DNA of 64,000 nucleotides from Deltaproteobacteria bacterium (GTDB lineage: Bacteria > Desulfobacterota > Binatia > UBA9968): contig JACPSE010000058.1 in assembly GCA_016193465.1 (NCBI GenBank), positions 97 to 64,096 of the forward strand, read 5' to 3'. The position numbers and the translations under genes were made by a program. Positions 8,991-17,767 of the stretch are shown one piece after another. Numbering within the stretch: the stretch's first letter is position 1; every line of letters begins with the position of its first letter. The notes under the pieces were generated by a model. That model saw nothing but the letters and a program-made list of their open reading frames with translations, was not told where the DNA came from and ran no database searches.

Positions 8991-9953
8991 GAGCCTTTCT
9001 GCCAGTTTCTCGATCATCGGCAGTCCCGTGATATCCCGTTCCATCTCCGGAACATAGGCGAGGACCTGATCGCCCAAGGTGCCCTGGATTTTCTCCAAAT
9101 ATTTCTGCTGCATGACGATCCGATTTCTCAGGTACTGGGGCACATTGTCCTGGCGAAGCTCCAGAGGCAGCACCCGGTTCACCACATACCCTGAGATCGG
9201 GACATTGAAGCGGGAAAACAGCTCTGCCGCCTTCCTGGTATCCAAGATAATCATCTCCTCGGGCACGAGCACGAAGAAAAAGGCCGTGCGGCCCCGGTCG
9301 GTAAGTATCTGCGAGGAGGCATTGATGCGGCTTTTGATATACCGAAGCTCTTCGAGAATCTTGTCCTCTTCGACCGTCTCCTGGCGTCGCATGGTGGCCG
9401 CCATCTGATCATACTGGCGCATCTCCTCGCGGAGCTTGGTGATCTTGTTGATCCACTCGTCGTACACCTTCGCCATGGAAAGGTAATATAAGGCATGGCC
9501 AAGCGGAACCAGATCATAAATATAGTAGTCGTACTCCCCCTGGACAATGATATCCACCACAGCATCGAAGATCGCGCTCTCCTCCATGGCAGGCTCCGCC
9601 GAGGCGGCAGCTATGTAGCTGTCGATCTCCTCCGGGACGCGATCGAAGCCGTACATATCCAAAATCTTTTTGCGGATCTCATCTTGATACTCGCGGATGC
9701 GGCGATCCGCATCCACCTCTTGCGCCCAGAGGTTCTGCATGATGGGCACCGGCCCTTTGCCGAAAATGTCCCTCTGAAAAATATCCGAGAGGCTCGCTTG
9801 CGGGTCCACGGAAAAGAGCAGCACCCGCTTTCCTTGGCTCGCCAGCCAGAAGGCGCTGGTAGCGGAGAGCGTCGTCTTTCCCAGGCCTCCCTTGCCGCCG
9901 AACATAATATAGCGGCGCCCCGGCTGGCTTTCAAACACCTGTTTCAGTGACAT
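8982..9953 (-). CDS. ArsA/Get3/TRC40-family ATPase, copy A
   Basis: GGKGGLGKTT, SVDPQASLSD, DLVPLGH, VVNRV; no cysteines. Confidence 0.93.
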   Translation of the reverse strand: MSLKQVFESQPGRRYIMFGGKGGLGKTTLSATSAFWLASQGKRVLLFSVDPQASLSDIFQRDIFGKGPVPIMQNLWAQEVDADRRIREYQDEIRKKILDMYGFDRVPEEIDSYIAAASAEPAMEESAIFDAVVDIIVQGEYDYYIYDLVPLGHALYYLSMAKVYDEWINKITKLREEMRQYDQMAATMRRQETVEEDKILEELRYIKSRINASSQILTDRGRTAFFFVLVPEEMIILDTRKAAELFSRFNVPISGYVVNRVLPLELRQDNVPQYLRNRIVMQQKYLEKIQGTLGDQVLAYVPEMERDITGLPMIEKLAERLFK

Positions 9954-9975
9954 AGACTCAGGAACGGATAAAATG

Positions 9976-10037
9976 GTTCGAGTCGTTTAAGCCGTTCAAA
10001 TCGTTAAACGTTTTGAACAACTTGAACGTATTGAACG
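9976..10037. repeat. palindrome of 9-mer tandem repeats, same family as 8921-8990
   Basis: gttcgagtc gtttaagcc gttcaaatc gttaaacg ttttgaaca acttgaacg tattgaacg. Confidence 0.75.
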
Positions 10038-10042
10038 ACTAT

Positions 10043-10318
10043 TTATCCCAGAACGTCGGTAACGTCCCGCTCCCGGAGCATCCTTCGCTTCCATGAGCTG
10101 ATCTGCGGCGTCACATAGGGCAGCAGCCGCAGCGAGTAGTAGGGAGGGAGGATCGGAATGCCGAGCAAATCTCCCATGGTGATGAGGATAAAGAGGTGCT
10201 CCATGCTGGCTCGCGTGCGCACCGCGTGCCGGGTCATCTCATGCGAGGACATGCCGTAAACAATGTCCTTGAGCACCTGAATGACGCCGCTTTTTTTCCG
10301 CTTCTTTTCTTCAGCCAT
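10043..10318 (-). CDS. small CstA/ArsA-associated protein, paralog 2 (core resembles cory-CC-star proteins)
   Basis: EHLFILITMGDLLGIPILPPYYSLRLLPY..WKRR; AAGGAG RBS; clear paralog of 10338..10604. Confidence 0.8.
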   Translation of the reverse strand: MAEEKKRKKSGVIQVLKDIVYGMSSHEMTRHAVRTRASMEHLFILITMGDLLGIPILPPYYSLRLLPYVTPQISSWKRRMLRERDVTDVLG

Positions 10319-10337
10319 TTAACTCTCCTTACATACT

Positions 10338-10604
10338 TCACACACCCTGGAAATCGTACTCTTTTTTCTCCCAAAACTCCTTGCGCCGGGCCATCTCCCG
10401 CTTCCACTGAGCGACTTCCAGGACCAAGTAGGGAAGGAGACGCAAGGCGTATACAGGCGGCAACACCGGCACGCCGACCATGTCACCCACAGTCAGCACC
10501 ATAAAGATGCCCTCCAGCTCGCGCCGCATATCGAGAGCGTGACGCGTAAATTCATAGCCCGTGAGTCCATACCAAAACTGTTGAATTGGTTTCAATCCCA
10601 ACAT
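10338..10604 (-). CDS. small CstA/ArsA-associated protein, paralog 1
   Basis: EGIFMVLTVGDMVGVPVLPPVYALRLLPY..WKRE; immediately downstream of cstA. Confidence 0.8.
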   Translation of the reverse strand: MLGLKPIQQFWYGLTGYEFTRHALDMRRELEGIFMVLTVGDMVGVPVLPPVYALRLLPYLVLEVAQWKREMARRKEFWEKKEYDFQGV

Positions 10605-10631
10605 CTCTTTACCGGAAACCCCAATACCCCC

Positions 10632-12425
10632 CTACCCCCTGGCAGGCGCCGGGCCAGGGGCCGGAGCTGGACGACCCAGGTATTTCAGAAAGGCGCGCCA
10701 GCCGTCGAGACCGATGAGCAGAGCCGCCATGACCAGGAGCACCGACACCAAAACCATGAGTCCCGACCCCGCTGCCGGAAGCAACCTTCCCGCCGCGACG
10801 TTCGGCCGGTAAACATTAAAGTAGAGATTGTAAGCGGTGACCACGACCGAGCCCACGGTGGTAACGTACATAAATATCATCGGTAGGCCGGCATAGAGCC
10901 AAGCCTTGCCCACCGAGGCAAGCCAGATCGTCACCAGCAGCAGCGACAGTGCCGCCATGAGCTGGTTGGCGGCGCCGAAGAGTTGCCAGAGGTAGATCCA
11001 GGTCCCTGTCAACACCAGCAGGATAGCCAAGGCAACTGAGATAAAGGAAGCCACGTGCTGATTGCGAAACACTGGAACGACCTCTCCCAACCACTCCGTC
11101 AGGGTAACCCGCATCACCCGAAAGATGAGCTGAGTCACCACGAGAACAATAACGATGAAAGCGGCAAAGGCGAGCGAAGAGGCGTAGTCGAGCGGTATAC
11201 CCCACACGCTGATAAAACCCCCGAGACCATTAGCGAAAGCGGCCACCGGCGATCCCTTGGCGCCAACAGAAACAGCCAGCAGAGCGAGAAGCCCAAGCAG
11301 AAACTCGGCGAACATCGACCCTGCACCCACCGGGAGCATATCAGCCTCATTTTCGATCTGCCTTGCCGTTCCCACCGTGCCGAACAGCGCGTGCCACCCC
11401 GAGATCGCGCCGCAGGCAATAGTAACGAAGAGCATGGGCCATAGCGGCATGACCCCTGCCGGACCGAGTTGCGGGTTCCACCCCTTAAATGCTGGAATCC
11501 GGAATTGAGCCACCTCCGGTTTAACGAACGTGCCGAGCGCGGCGCCGGCCAATCCCAGGATCATTGCCAACGCCGTAACCCAAAAACCCACGTAAACAAC
11601 AGGCTGGGCCATGCGCCAGATCGGAAGCACAGACCCCGCGTAGCAGAAAACGCAGATAGCCAATGCCCAGAAGAGAAGGCTCGGCATGATCTTCGCTTCC
11701 GCGCCTTTAAAACTAGCCAGCGTAGGGTCGAAGTAGGTCACGATGGGGGCGCCACCGGTGATCCCGTTGAGCATCTCGTTGAGCCCCTTAAATGTGCCCT
11801 CGGTCAAGGGACCAATGAGGATCGCCAAAAGAGTGATCCCCACGGTAAGGATAGTTGCGGCCAATAACCCTGACCGCCAGCGGTAGAGCATCTGTCCCAG
11901 CAAAAGGCCCATAGCGACCAGCAGGATCATCCCCAGGTGCGTTCGGGGCTGGGACTCCAGCACGGAGGCCATGATGCCCACGAAGGCGCCGGCAATCAGC
12001 AACAAATAGAAGAAGATAAAGAGAAAAAGCACCGTCCGCGTCCGCGGTGAGATCAGCCGGTGGGCCACGGCTGATAGACTATTTCCTTCGTTGCGCACGG
12101 AGAGCACAATGGCGCTGTAGTCGCTGGCCCACCCCATGAAGGAGACTCCCACCACAAGCCAAATAAGGGCCGGGAGCCAACCCCACAGAGTAGCCGCCAC
12201 GATGGCGCCTACGATCGGCCCTGCTGCGGCAATGGACTTGAAGTGGTAGCCAAAGAGGATGTTCCTGTTCGTGGGCATGAAGTCTACGCCATCCATGTAG
12301 AGGGTCGCGGGGGTGGCTCTCCTCGGATCGGATTGGATAACGCTGCGATCAATGCGCCGGGCATAACGCGTATACGCCAGGTACACTGTTACGATACCCA
12401 GGATCACCGCGAACAGGCTATTCAT
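10632..12425 (-). CDS. cstA: carbon starvation protein A family transporter (CstA/BtsT)
   Basis: DGVDFMPT..LFGYHFKSIAAAGPIVG, PMLFVTIACGAISGWHAL, LWQLFGAANQLMAA; many TM helices. Confidence 0.95.
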   Translation of the reverse strand: MNSLFAVILGIVTVYLAYTRYARRIDRSVIQSDPRRATPATLYMDGVDFMPTNRNILFGYHFKSIAAAGPIVGAIVAATLWGWLPALIWLVVGVSFMGWASDYSAIVLSVRNEGNSLSAVAHRLISPRTRTVLFLFIFFYLLLIAGAFVGIMASVLESQPRTHLGMILLVAMGLLLGQMLYRWRSGLLAATILTVGITLLAILIGPLTEGTFKGLNEMLNGITGGAPIVTYFDPTLASFKGAEAKIMPSLLFWALAICVFCYAGSVLPIWRMAQPVVYVGFWVTALAMILGLAGAALGTFVKPEVAQFRIPAFKGWNPQLGPAGVMPLWPMLFVTIACGAISGWHALFGTVGTARQIENEADMLPVGAGSMFAEFLLGLLALLAVSVGAKGSPVAAFANGLGGFISVWGIPLDYASSLAFAAFIVIVLVVTQLIFRVMRVTLTEWLGEVVPVFRNQHVASFISVALAILLVLTGTWIYLWQLFGAANQLMAALSLLLVTIWLASVGKAWLYAGLPMIFMYVTTVGSVVVTAYNLYFNVYRPNVAAGRLLPAAGSGLMVLVSVLLVMAALLIGLDGWRAFLKYLGRPAPAPGPAPARG

Positions 12426-12470
12426 CTCTTCCGGTCCTGATAATAAACTTTTCCCCTTGGTTTAGCGGGA

Positions 12471-13097
12471 CTAGCGAGACGCATTTTTCTCACCGACGCG
12501 CCAGAGGTAAAGGGTATGGTCCCAGCCAGAACGGTCTTTGATTGTTTCGCTTCTTAACGGCTTCCAATCGCCCATATCAAAGTCGTGAGAGACTACTCGA
12601 GATCCCGGCTGCATTTGCTTCCAAATGTTCGGCCTCAACATCAAGTTGACTTCAGGGAGGAGGTACATGGTCAACACGGACGCAGGCGATAGATCAACTG
12701 TCCTTATGTCCTGCTCGCGGATCTCTACCAGATTCCCCACTCCTTCTTTGCGAATGTTCTCCCGCGACTCCCTGATACGATCGGGGTCAATCTCAAAACC
12801 GATGGCCTTAACACCGTATTTTTTGGCTGCCGTTATAACAATTCTCCCGTCACCAGAACCCAGATCGTAAACCACATCGCCCTTCTTGACCTGGGCCCAC
12901 TCCAACATACGCTCCACAACCTCCTGTGGCGTCGGCACATAGGGGACGATTTTCTTGGACTCAAGGTCGCTCTGCTGGGCATGAGCGGCTCCTACCCCAC
13001 TGCCTATTCCCGGCCGCGCGAACTCAGAGGGAAACCAACCCGGAGTCATCAAAGAGATAACCAGGCCGATCCACAGAAACCATTGTTGCTTTCTCAT
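12471..13097 (-). CDS. class I SAM-dependent methyltransferase with an N-terminal signal-like peptide
   Basis: VPYVPTP, VYDLGSGDGRI, VLTMYL, RVVSHDF; hydrophobic N-terminus ending AAHA-Q. Confidence 0.9.
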   Translation of the reverse strand: MRKQQWFLWIGLVISLMTPGWFPSEFARPGIGSGVGAAHAQQSDLESKKIVPYVPTPQEVVERMLEWAQVKKGDVVYDLGSGDGRIVITAAKKYGVKAIGFEIDPDRIRESRENIRKEGVGNLVEIREQDIRTVDLSPASVLTMYLLPEVNLMLRPNIWKQMQPGSRVVSHDFDMGDWKPLRSETIKDRSGWDHTLYLWRVGEKNASR

Positions 13098-13186
13098 GCT
13101 ATAGGCCTCCTTGACATTTTGGATTACCAGAACGTTGAAGGGAAATTACCTGAACAGCGTGTGGCGTGTCAAGAAGCGAGCCGGCC

Positions 13187-15559
13187 TCAACCCAAGGCTT
13201 GCCCGGCGCTGACCCCGCTCTGCAATTGTCGGCGAATCACGAAGGTGAACCTGCTCCCCTCGCCTTCATTGCTGTCAACCCATATTCTCCCGCCATGGAG
13301 CTCCACGATTTCCTTGGCAATCGTGAGACCCAGACCCGTGCTGCTGACTCCCTGCGGGGACGCTAAACTGACCTGCTCGAATTTTTCGAAAATTCTTTTC
13401 TGGTCTGCCTTGGGAATTCCAATCCCCGAATCCTGCACGCTGACGGCCACGTTAGACCCATCCACCACCCCGGACGCTAAATCGTCCGGGTTGATCTCCA
13501 CGCAGATCTTTCCCCCTTCGGGAGTAAATTTGATGGCGTTGCCAAGGAGATTCGTCACCACCTGAGTCAAACGGTCCGCATCCGCCACTATAGGAACGGC
13601 CTTTTCGGGGTATACCTCCTCAATAGCCACCTGCTTGCTCTCTGCCCAGCTTCGGACCGTTTCCACGACATGATGCACCATGTCCCTAAGCTCAAAAGAG
13701 ATGGGGTGCAGCTCTATCCTTCCGGCCTCCAGCTTGGCAACATCCAGGAGATCATTCACAAGACGCGCCAGCCGGGTGATATTGCGGTGCGCAATAGAGA
13801 GAAACTTCTCCTGCTCAGGACTGACCTCTCCGACCTCTTTCCCCATAAGAAGGGACAAGGATTCCTCAATCGCCAACAGCGGAGTTCGGAGCTCATGCGA
13901 AACATGGGCGACGAACTTTGACTTCGCTTCATCCAACTGTTTTTGCTTCGTGATATCGCTGAGGACCGACACCATACCCACGGTCTTACCTTCCTGATTC
14001 TCAATCACAGCGGTGCTTGCCTGAACGATCCTCTGGGCGTCCTCGCTCGAGCTTTTCACTTCGATCTCTTTGGTAACGTGACCCTCTTCGTCTCGAAGAG
14101 GACCTTTGGCCAGAGCCAACGTGTGTTCCCCCTTCACCAGCTCGGGGATAGGAACGCCCTTGGCGCCCTTTTGATCTAGTCCCAGGAGTTTCTCCGCCGC
14201 CGGGTTCATGAACTGAATTTTGCCTTCCCCGTCCACGACCACCAGTCCTTCCCCGATGCTCCTGATTATAGTATCTACTCTTTCCTTCTCGTCCAGAAGC
14301 CGCTTTTTCTCGCGCTCCAGTGCGGCGGTTTGATGCTTGACCCGCAAGGCGAGTTCCTCCGCAAAGTGATCCCGGATGCGCCGTAGCTCTTCGAGCTCCT
14401 CCGGCGCAACCTCGACTTGGCCAGACTTCTTTGGCGCGCGCTTCTCCTCTACGGCCGCAAAAGCCCGATCCAAGTCCTTTTCGCCAACCCCCAATGCGCT
14501 CAGCCTTTCCCGCAGGGGCTCGATGAGCCGCTCGCGGATTTCTTTGCCGCGCAAAAATTTTGCCCCAATCTTGGCCAGCGAGGTCACAGCGCCGCCGCTT
14601 TCCTGGAATGCCTTGGTTATCAGTTCCAACTTGACCTCATCGGCGCACCGCTCCAATCTCGCGACCAGCTCTTCCACCGCCACTTTAAAGTCCCCGGGAA
14701 CATCGGGACCCTCTACCGTCTTCTTGAACTCCTTGGCAAAGCGAGAGATGCGCGGCGAAAAATCTTTCCCCTCCTGGATCGAAGGCCGGGCCAAATGTTC
14801 CTGCAGGAAACGTCCCAGATCTTCCACAATCCGCTTCAGCGTCTCCAGGTCCTCTGCCCGCCGCAGGACCTCTCTAGCAACCAGCTCGGGCTTCTTCTCC
14901 ACTTCATAGGCAAGCCGCTCGAGATCGAGAGTAAGCTCGATTTTTTCGCCGGCGCCCTTTAGAAGATGCTCGACCAGTTCCTCCATCCGCTCTATCTTGC
15001 GTCCTCGCCCCGCGGGTGCCGCCTTCTCTTTTTTCGCTGCTTCGCTTCTTTCACCTGCATCTCCACCCTCGCCTCCGCCTTGACCAACCCCTGACTTCTT
15101 GACCACTGCCTCCTCTTCTTTAATGATCTGAATACGAGCGGCCCCGAGGCGGATGTGCTTCAATTTCGCTTCTTCAAAAACCTTCTTGAACCCCCCCATT
15201 TCTTCCAGAGTCTTTATCGGCGTAGCGATCACTTTGAAGAGCGAGTTAAACTCGTCTTCGGTGGCCCCTTGATCAAAGGTCAGACTCTCGATATGGAGCC
15301 GGTTGGTTTCACGCAAAAGCTCGGCAACCCCGGTCTTTTTATTGTCGAGAGCATGGTCGTTGACAACTAGCCGTCCTCCCACAAACGCCAAGACGAGGGC
15401 CGGTTCCGAGCCCACAACCACCTCAAGCCTGGCCAAAAAGTTTCGCACCGCAAGCTGCGCCGCCGGGTGCTTCTCAGAATATAGCCGGTACTGGCTCAGG
15501 ACAAAGCTAAAAACCTTGATGACCTCCGCGTATTGTGTTTCTTTCCCCTGAGTTTGCAT
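13187..15559 (-). CDS. cytoplasmic PAS sensor histidine kinase with a long unannotated helical N-terminus
   Basis: PAS (EGLVVVD..MNPAAEKLLG), H-box VSHELRTPL, NAIKFTP, DSGIG, STGLGL. Confidence 0.93.
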   Translation of the reverse strand: MQTQGKETQYAEVIKVFSFVLSQYRLYSEKHPAAQLAVRNFLARLEVVVGSEPALVLAFVGGRLVVNDHALDNKKTGVAELLRETNRLHIESLTFDQGATEDEFNSLFKVIATPIKTLEEMGGFKKVFEEAKLKHIRLGAARIQIIKEEEAVVKKSGVGQGGGEGGDAGERSEAAKKEKAAPAGRGRKIERMEELVEHLLKGAGEKIELTLDLERLAYEVEKKPELVAREVLRRAEDLETLKRIVEDLGRFLQEHLARPSIQEGKDFSPRISRFAKEFKKTVEGPDVPGDFKVAVEELVARLERCADEVKLELITKAFQESGGAVTSLAKIGAKFLRGKEIRERLIEPLRERLSALGVGEKDLDRAFAAVEEKRAPKKSGQVEVAPEELEELRRIRDHFAEELALRVKHQTAALEREKKRLLDEKERVDTIIRSIGEGLVVVDGEGKIQFMNPAAEKLLGLDQKGAKGVPIPELVKGEHTLALAKGPLRDEEGHVTKEIEVKSSSEDAQRIVQASTAVIENQEGKTVGMVSVLSDITKQKQLDEAKSKFVAHVSHELRTPLLAIEESLSLLMGKEVGEVSPEQEKFLSIAHRNITRLARLVNDLLDVAKLEAGRIELHPISFELRDMVHHVVETVRSWAESKQVAIEEVYPEKAVPIVADADRLTQVVTNLLGNAIKFTPEGGKICVEINPDDLASGVVDGSNVAVSVQDSGIGIPKADQKRIFEKFEQVSLASPQGVSSTGLGLTIAKEIVELHGGRIWVDSNEGEGSRFTFVIRRQLQSGVSAGQALG

Positions 15560-16864
15560 CTACTCTCGCCTCTTACACTCCACCGGAAACCAGAATTTAA
15601 AAATGGAACCTTTCCCCTCAACGCTGTCCACCTCAATCCCCCCACCGAGAAGCTCTAAGATCTTTTTCACATTCCTTAGACCTAAACCCATGCCTCCGTA
15701 GAGTCTCGTGTGCGAGCTGTCGATCTGGTGGAAAGGGTCAAAAATGACGTTGTAACGGTCGGCGGAGATGCCAATCCCCGTATCTTCTATCTCGCACTGT
15801 GCTATCCGTCGCTCTGGAGAATAGCGGACCCTAACATTCACGCTTCCCTTCTCGGTAAACTTAATGGCATTATCAATCAGGTTCCGAAAAACTTTGGTGA
15901 GCTTTCCCTGGTCGCTGAAAAGCGGCGGCAGCTTCGAGTCAATCTCCCAATGGAGCTCAAGCTTCTTGTGCGTGGCCTCATCGCCTACCGTGTCCGTGAT
16001 CACATCCCGGATGTGATCCACCGTGAAAGGATCGGGATGAACCGCGACTCCTCCTGCCTCCAGTTGTGATACCTCAATCGCATTCTCCACCTGGAATAGC
16101 AGTCCGGCGCCGCTTCTTCGGACCGTCTGGAGGCTGTCCCTTTGTTTTTCGTTCATCTCGCCGAATATCCCGTCCATCAGAATTTCAACGTTACCGAGGA
16201 TAACGGTAACTGGCGTGCGCAGCTCGTGGGAGATAACGCTGAGGAGGCGCTCTTTAATGCCGCCCGATTCCTCAAGACGCAGGGTTAATTTGGTAAGGTC
16301 ATCGACGTTGTTTTTGAGGGCTGTAAAGAGCCGGGCATTTTCAATGGTGATGCCGATAACTCTCCCCATAGCCGCAAGGAGTTGAATTTCCTGCTCTCCA
16401 AAGCCGCCTCTTTCAGGGCTGGCGACGGCAAGGGTTCCGACCACCCCCTCGCGCGCCAGAAGCGGGACGCCCAGTAGGGAATTGATCCCCTCCTTTCTCA
16501 AGGAGAGATAAGCGCACGAGGAATCTGTCTGAATATTGTCCCATAAAACCGGACCTCTGGTGCGGACAATCTTTCCGGAACTCCTCTCTCCGATCTTGAT
16601 GCTGCGGTATTTCTCCGCGTACTCATCGGGGAAACCTCTGTGGCTCAAGAGTTCAAGCTGCCCCGTCGCAGGGTCAAGAACCCTGATATTGCCATATCTG
16701 AGGTTCAAGACTTCCAGCACCTTATCCAGGGCACTGTCATAAATGCGGGCGGAGTTCTGGGCTATGGTCAGAAGGTCGGCCAAGGCAGACAAGGCCGAGT
16801 AACCGGTCAACCCAATTCCGTTAGGGACTCCAGATAACTTGGCTACCGCCATTGCGGACCTCAA
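15560..16864 (-). CDS. GAF sensor histidine kinase
   Basis: GAF (SLLGVPLLAREGVVGTL..IENARLF), ISHELRTP, NAIKFT, GMGLGL. Confidence 0.93.
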   Translation of the reverse strand: MRSAMAVAKLSGVPNGIGLTGYSALSALADLLTIAQNSARIYDSALDKVLEVLNLRYGNIRVLDPATGQLELLSHRGFPDEYAEKYRSIKIGERSSGKIVRTRGPVLWDNIQTDSSCAYLSLRKEGINSLLGVPLLAREGVVGTLAVASPERGGFGEQEIQLLAAMGRVIGITIENARLFTALKNNVDDLTKLTLRLEESGGIKERLLSVISHELRTPVTVILGNVEILMDGIFGEMNEKQRDSLQTVRRSGAGLLFQVENAIEVSQLEAGGVAVHPDPFTVDHIRDVITDTVGDEATHKKLELHWEIDSKLPPLFSDQGKLTKVFRNLIDNAIKFTEKGSVNVRVRYSPERRIAQCEIEDTGIGISADRYNVIFDPFHQIDSSHTRLYGGMGLGLRNVKKILELLGGGIEVDSVEGKGSIFKFWFPVECKRRE

Positions 16865-16890
16865 AAAGGATCAAGAAAACGACTATAGCC

Positions 16891-16906
16891 TGCAATATCC
16901 GTTCCC
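16891..16906 (-). promoter_or_regulatory. putative sigma54 -24/-12 promoter
   Basis: GGGAACG-GATA-TTGCA (GG-N10-GC) just upstream of the kinase pair; tandem GCGTCAAATT repeat at 17025-17044. Confidence 0.4.
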
Positions 16907-17078
16907 TATTAACAGAAATTCGGCCAATTGCCAAAAAGCGCTAGAGAAATTGGCGGGTTTGCTTGATTGCCTCAAGTTATTACTAGCTTTTTTGTGTCCT
17001 TGATAAGGACATTATTGTACGCTGGCGTCAAATTGCGTCAAATTATGAAGTGGCTGGGCTCGCGCCCTTCGGCAAAAC

Positions 17079-17693
17079 TCAGCCCTTGAACGCCGTCATA
17101 TAAGGAAGCTTTGCCGCGGCTTTTTTTGCCTTGTCCAAATTAGCGTGGAGCATAGAGGTACAATCCCAAGAGCCTGTCATCAGCGCACTGCGGTAGCTGT
17201 CGGGGATGTCAAAGCGGATTTGTCTCTCGCGGCAAGAGAGCGATTTTTTCTCAAGGTCCAGCGATAGGACCCCTCGCGGATTTGACTCCACCGCCTTCAT
17301 CAATTCCTCGATCTCGATGGAGGTGACCGTTACAGTGGGCATTCCCATCATCACGCAATTGCCGGCAAAGATGGCGGCAAAGGATTCGCCGACGATGGCG
17401 TGAATGCCAAAACGGAACAGCGCCTGTGGCGCGTGCTCTCTCGATGAGCCGCAGCCGAAATTCTTGTTGACGAGAAGGATCGACGCGCCTTGGTACTTGG
17501 GATCATTGAACGGGTGAGATTTAGGCTTGCCCTCCGAATCAAATCTCTCATCGTAGAAAGGATACTCACCCATTCGAGCAAAGGTGATCTCCTTCAAGTA
17601 GCGCGCCGGAATGATCCGGTCGGTGTCGATATCGTTTCCCCGGATCGGAACGGCGGTCCCGGTCACTTTGGCAATCTTAGTCTCCACGGTCAT
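17079..17693 (-). CDS. leuD: 3-isopropylmalate dehydratase small subunit
   Basis: DIDTDRIIPARYL, NFGCGSSREHAP. Confidence 0.97.
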   Translation of the reverse strand: MTVETKIAKVTGTAVPIRGNDIDTDRIIPARYLKEITFARMGEYPFYDERFDSEGKPKSHPFNDPKYQGASILLVNKNFGCGSSREHAPQALFRFGIHAIVGESFAAIFAGNCVMMGMPTVTVTSIEIEELMKAVESNPRGVLSLDLEKKSLSCRERQIRFDIPDSYRSALMTGSWDCTSMLHANLDKAKKAAAKLPYMTAFKG

Positions 17694-17706
17694 TTTTTTC
17701 CTCGAT

Positions 17707-17765
17707 AGCTCTTAGCCGTCAGCGCTCAGCTTTCAGCTCTTGCTGACCGCTGATAGCTGATTGCT
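17707..17765. repeat. palindrome of 7-mer repeats (TCAGC / GCTGA type)
   Basis: agctcttagccgtcagcgctcagctttcagc...gctgaccgctgatagctgattgct. Confidence 0.8.
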
Positions 17766-17767
17766 TT

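Noticed and set aside
7919-9953. Arsenic resistance operon (arsA)
   Set aside because: No metal-binding cysteines, single-domain proteins, and no arsB, acr3, arsC, arsD or arsR in the window.
8921-10037. CRISPR-like repeats
   Set aside because: The units are 9 nt, degenerate and have no unique spacers; no cas genes.
10329-10340. UGA read-through in small protein 1 (by analogy with Sec-ending CstA partner proteins)
   Set aside because: There is no adjacent Cys, and read-through would add only two residues after the UGA before a TAA next to the downstream RBS.
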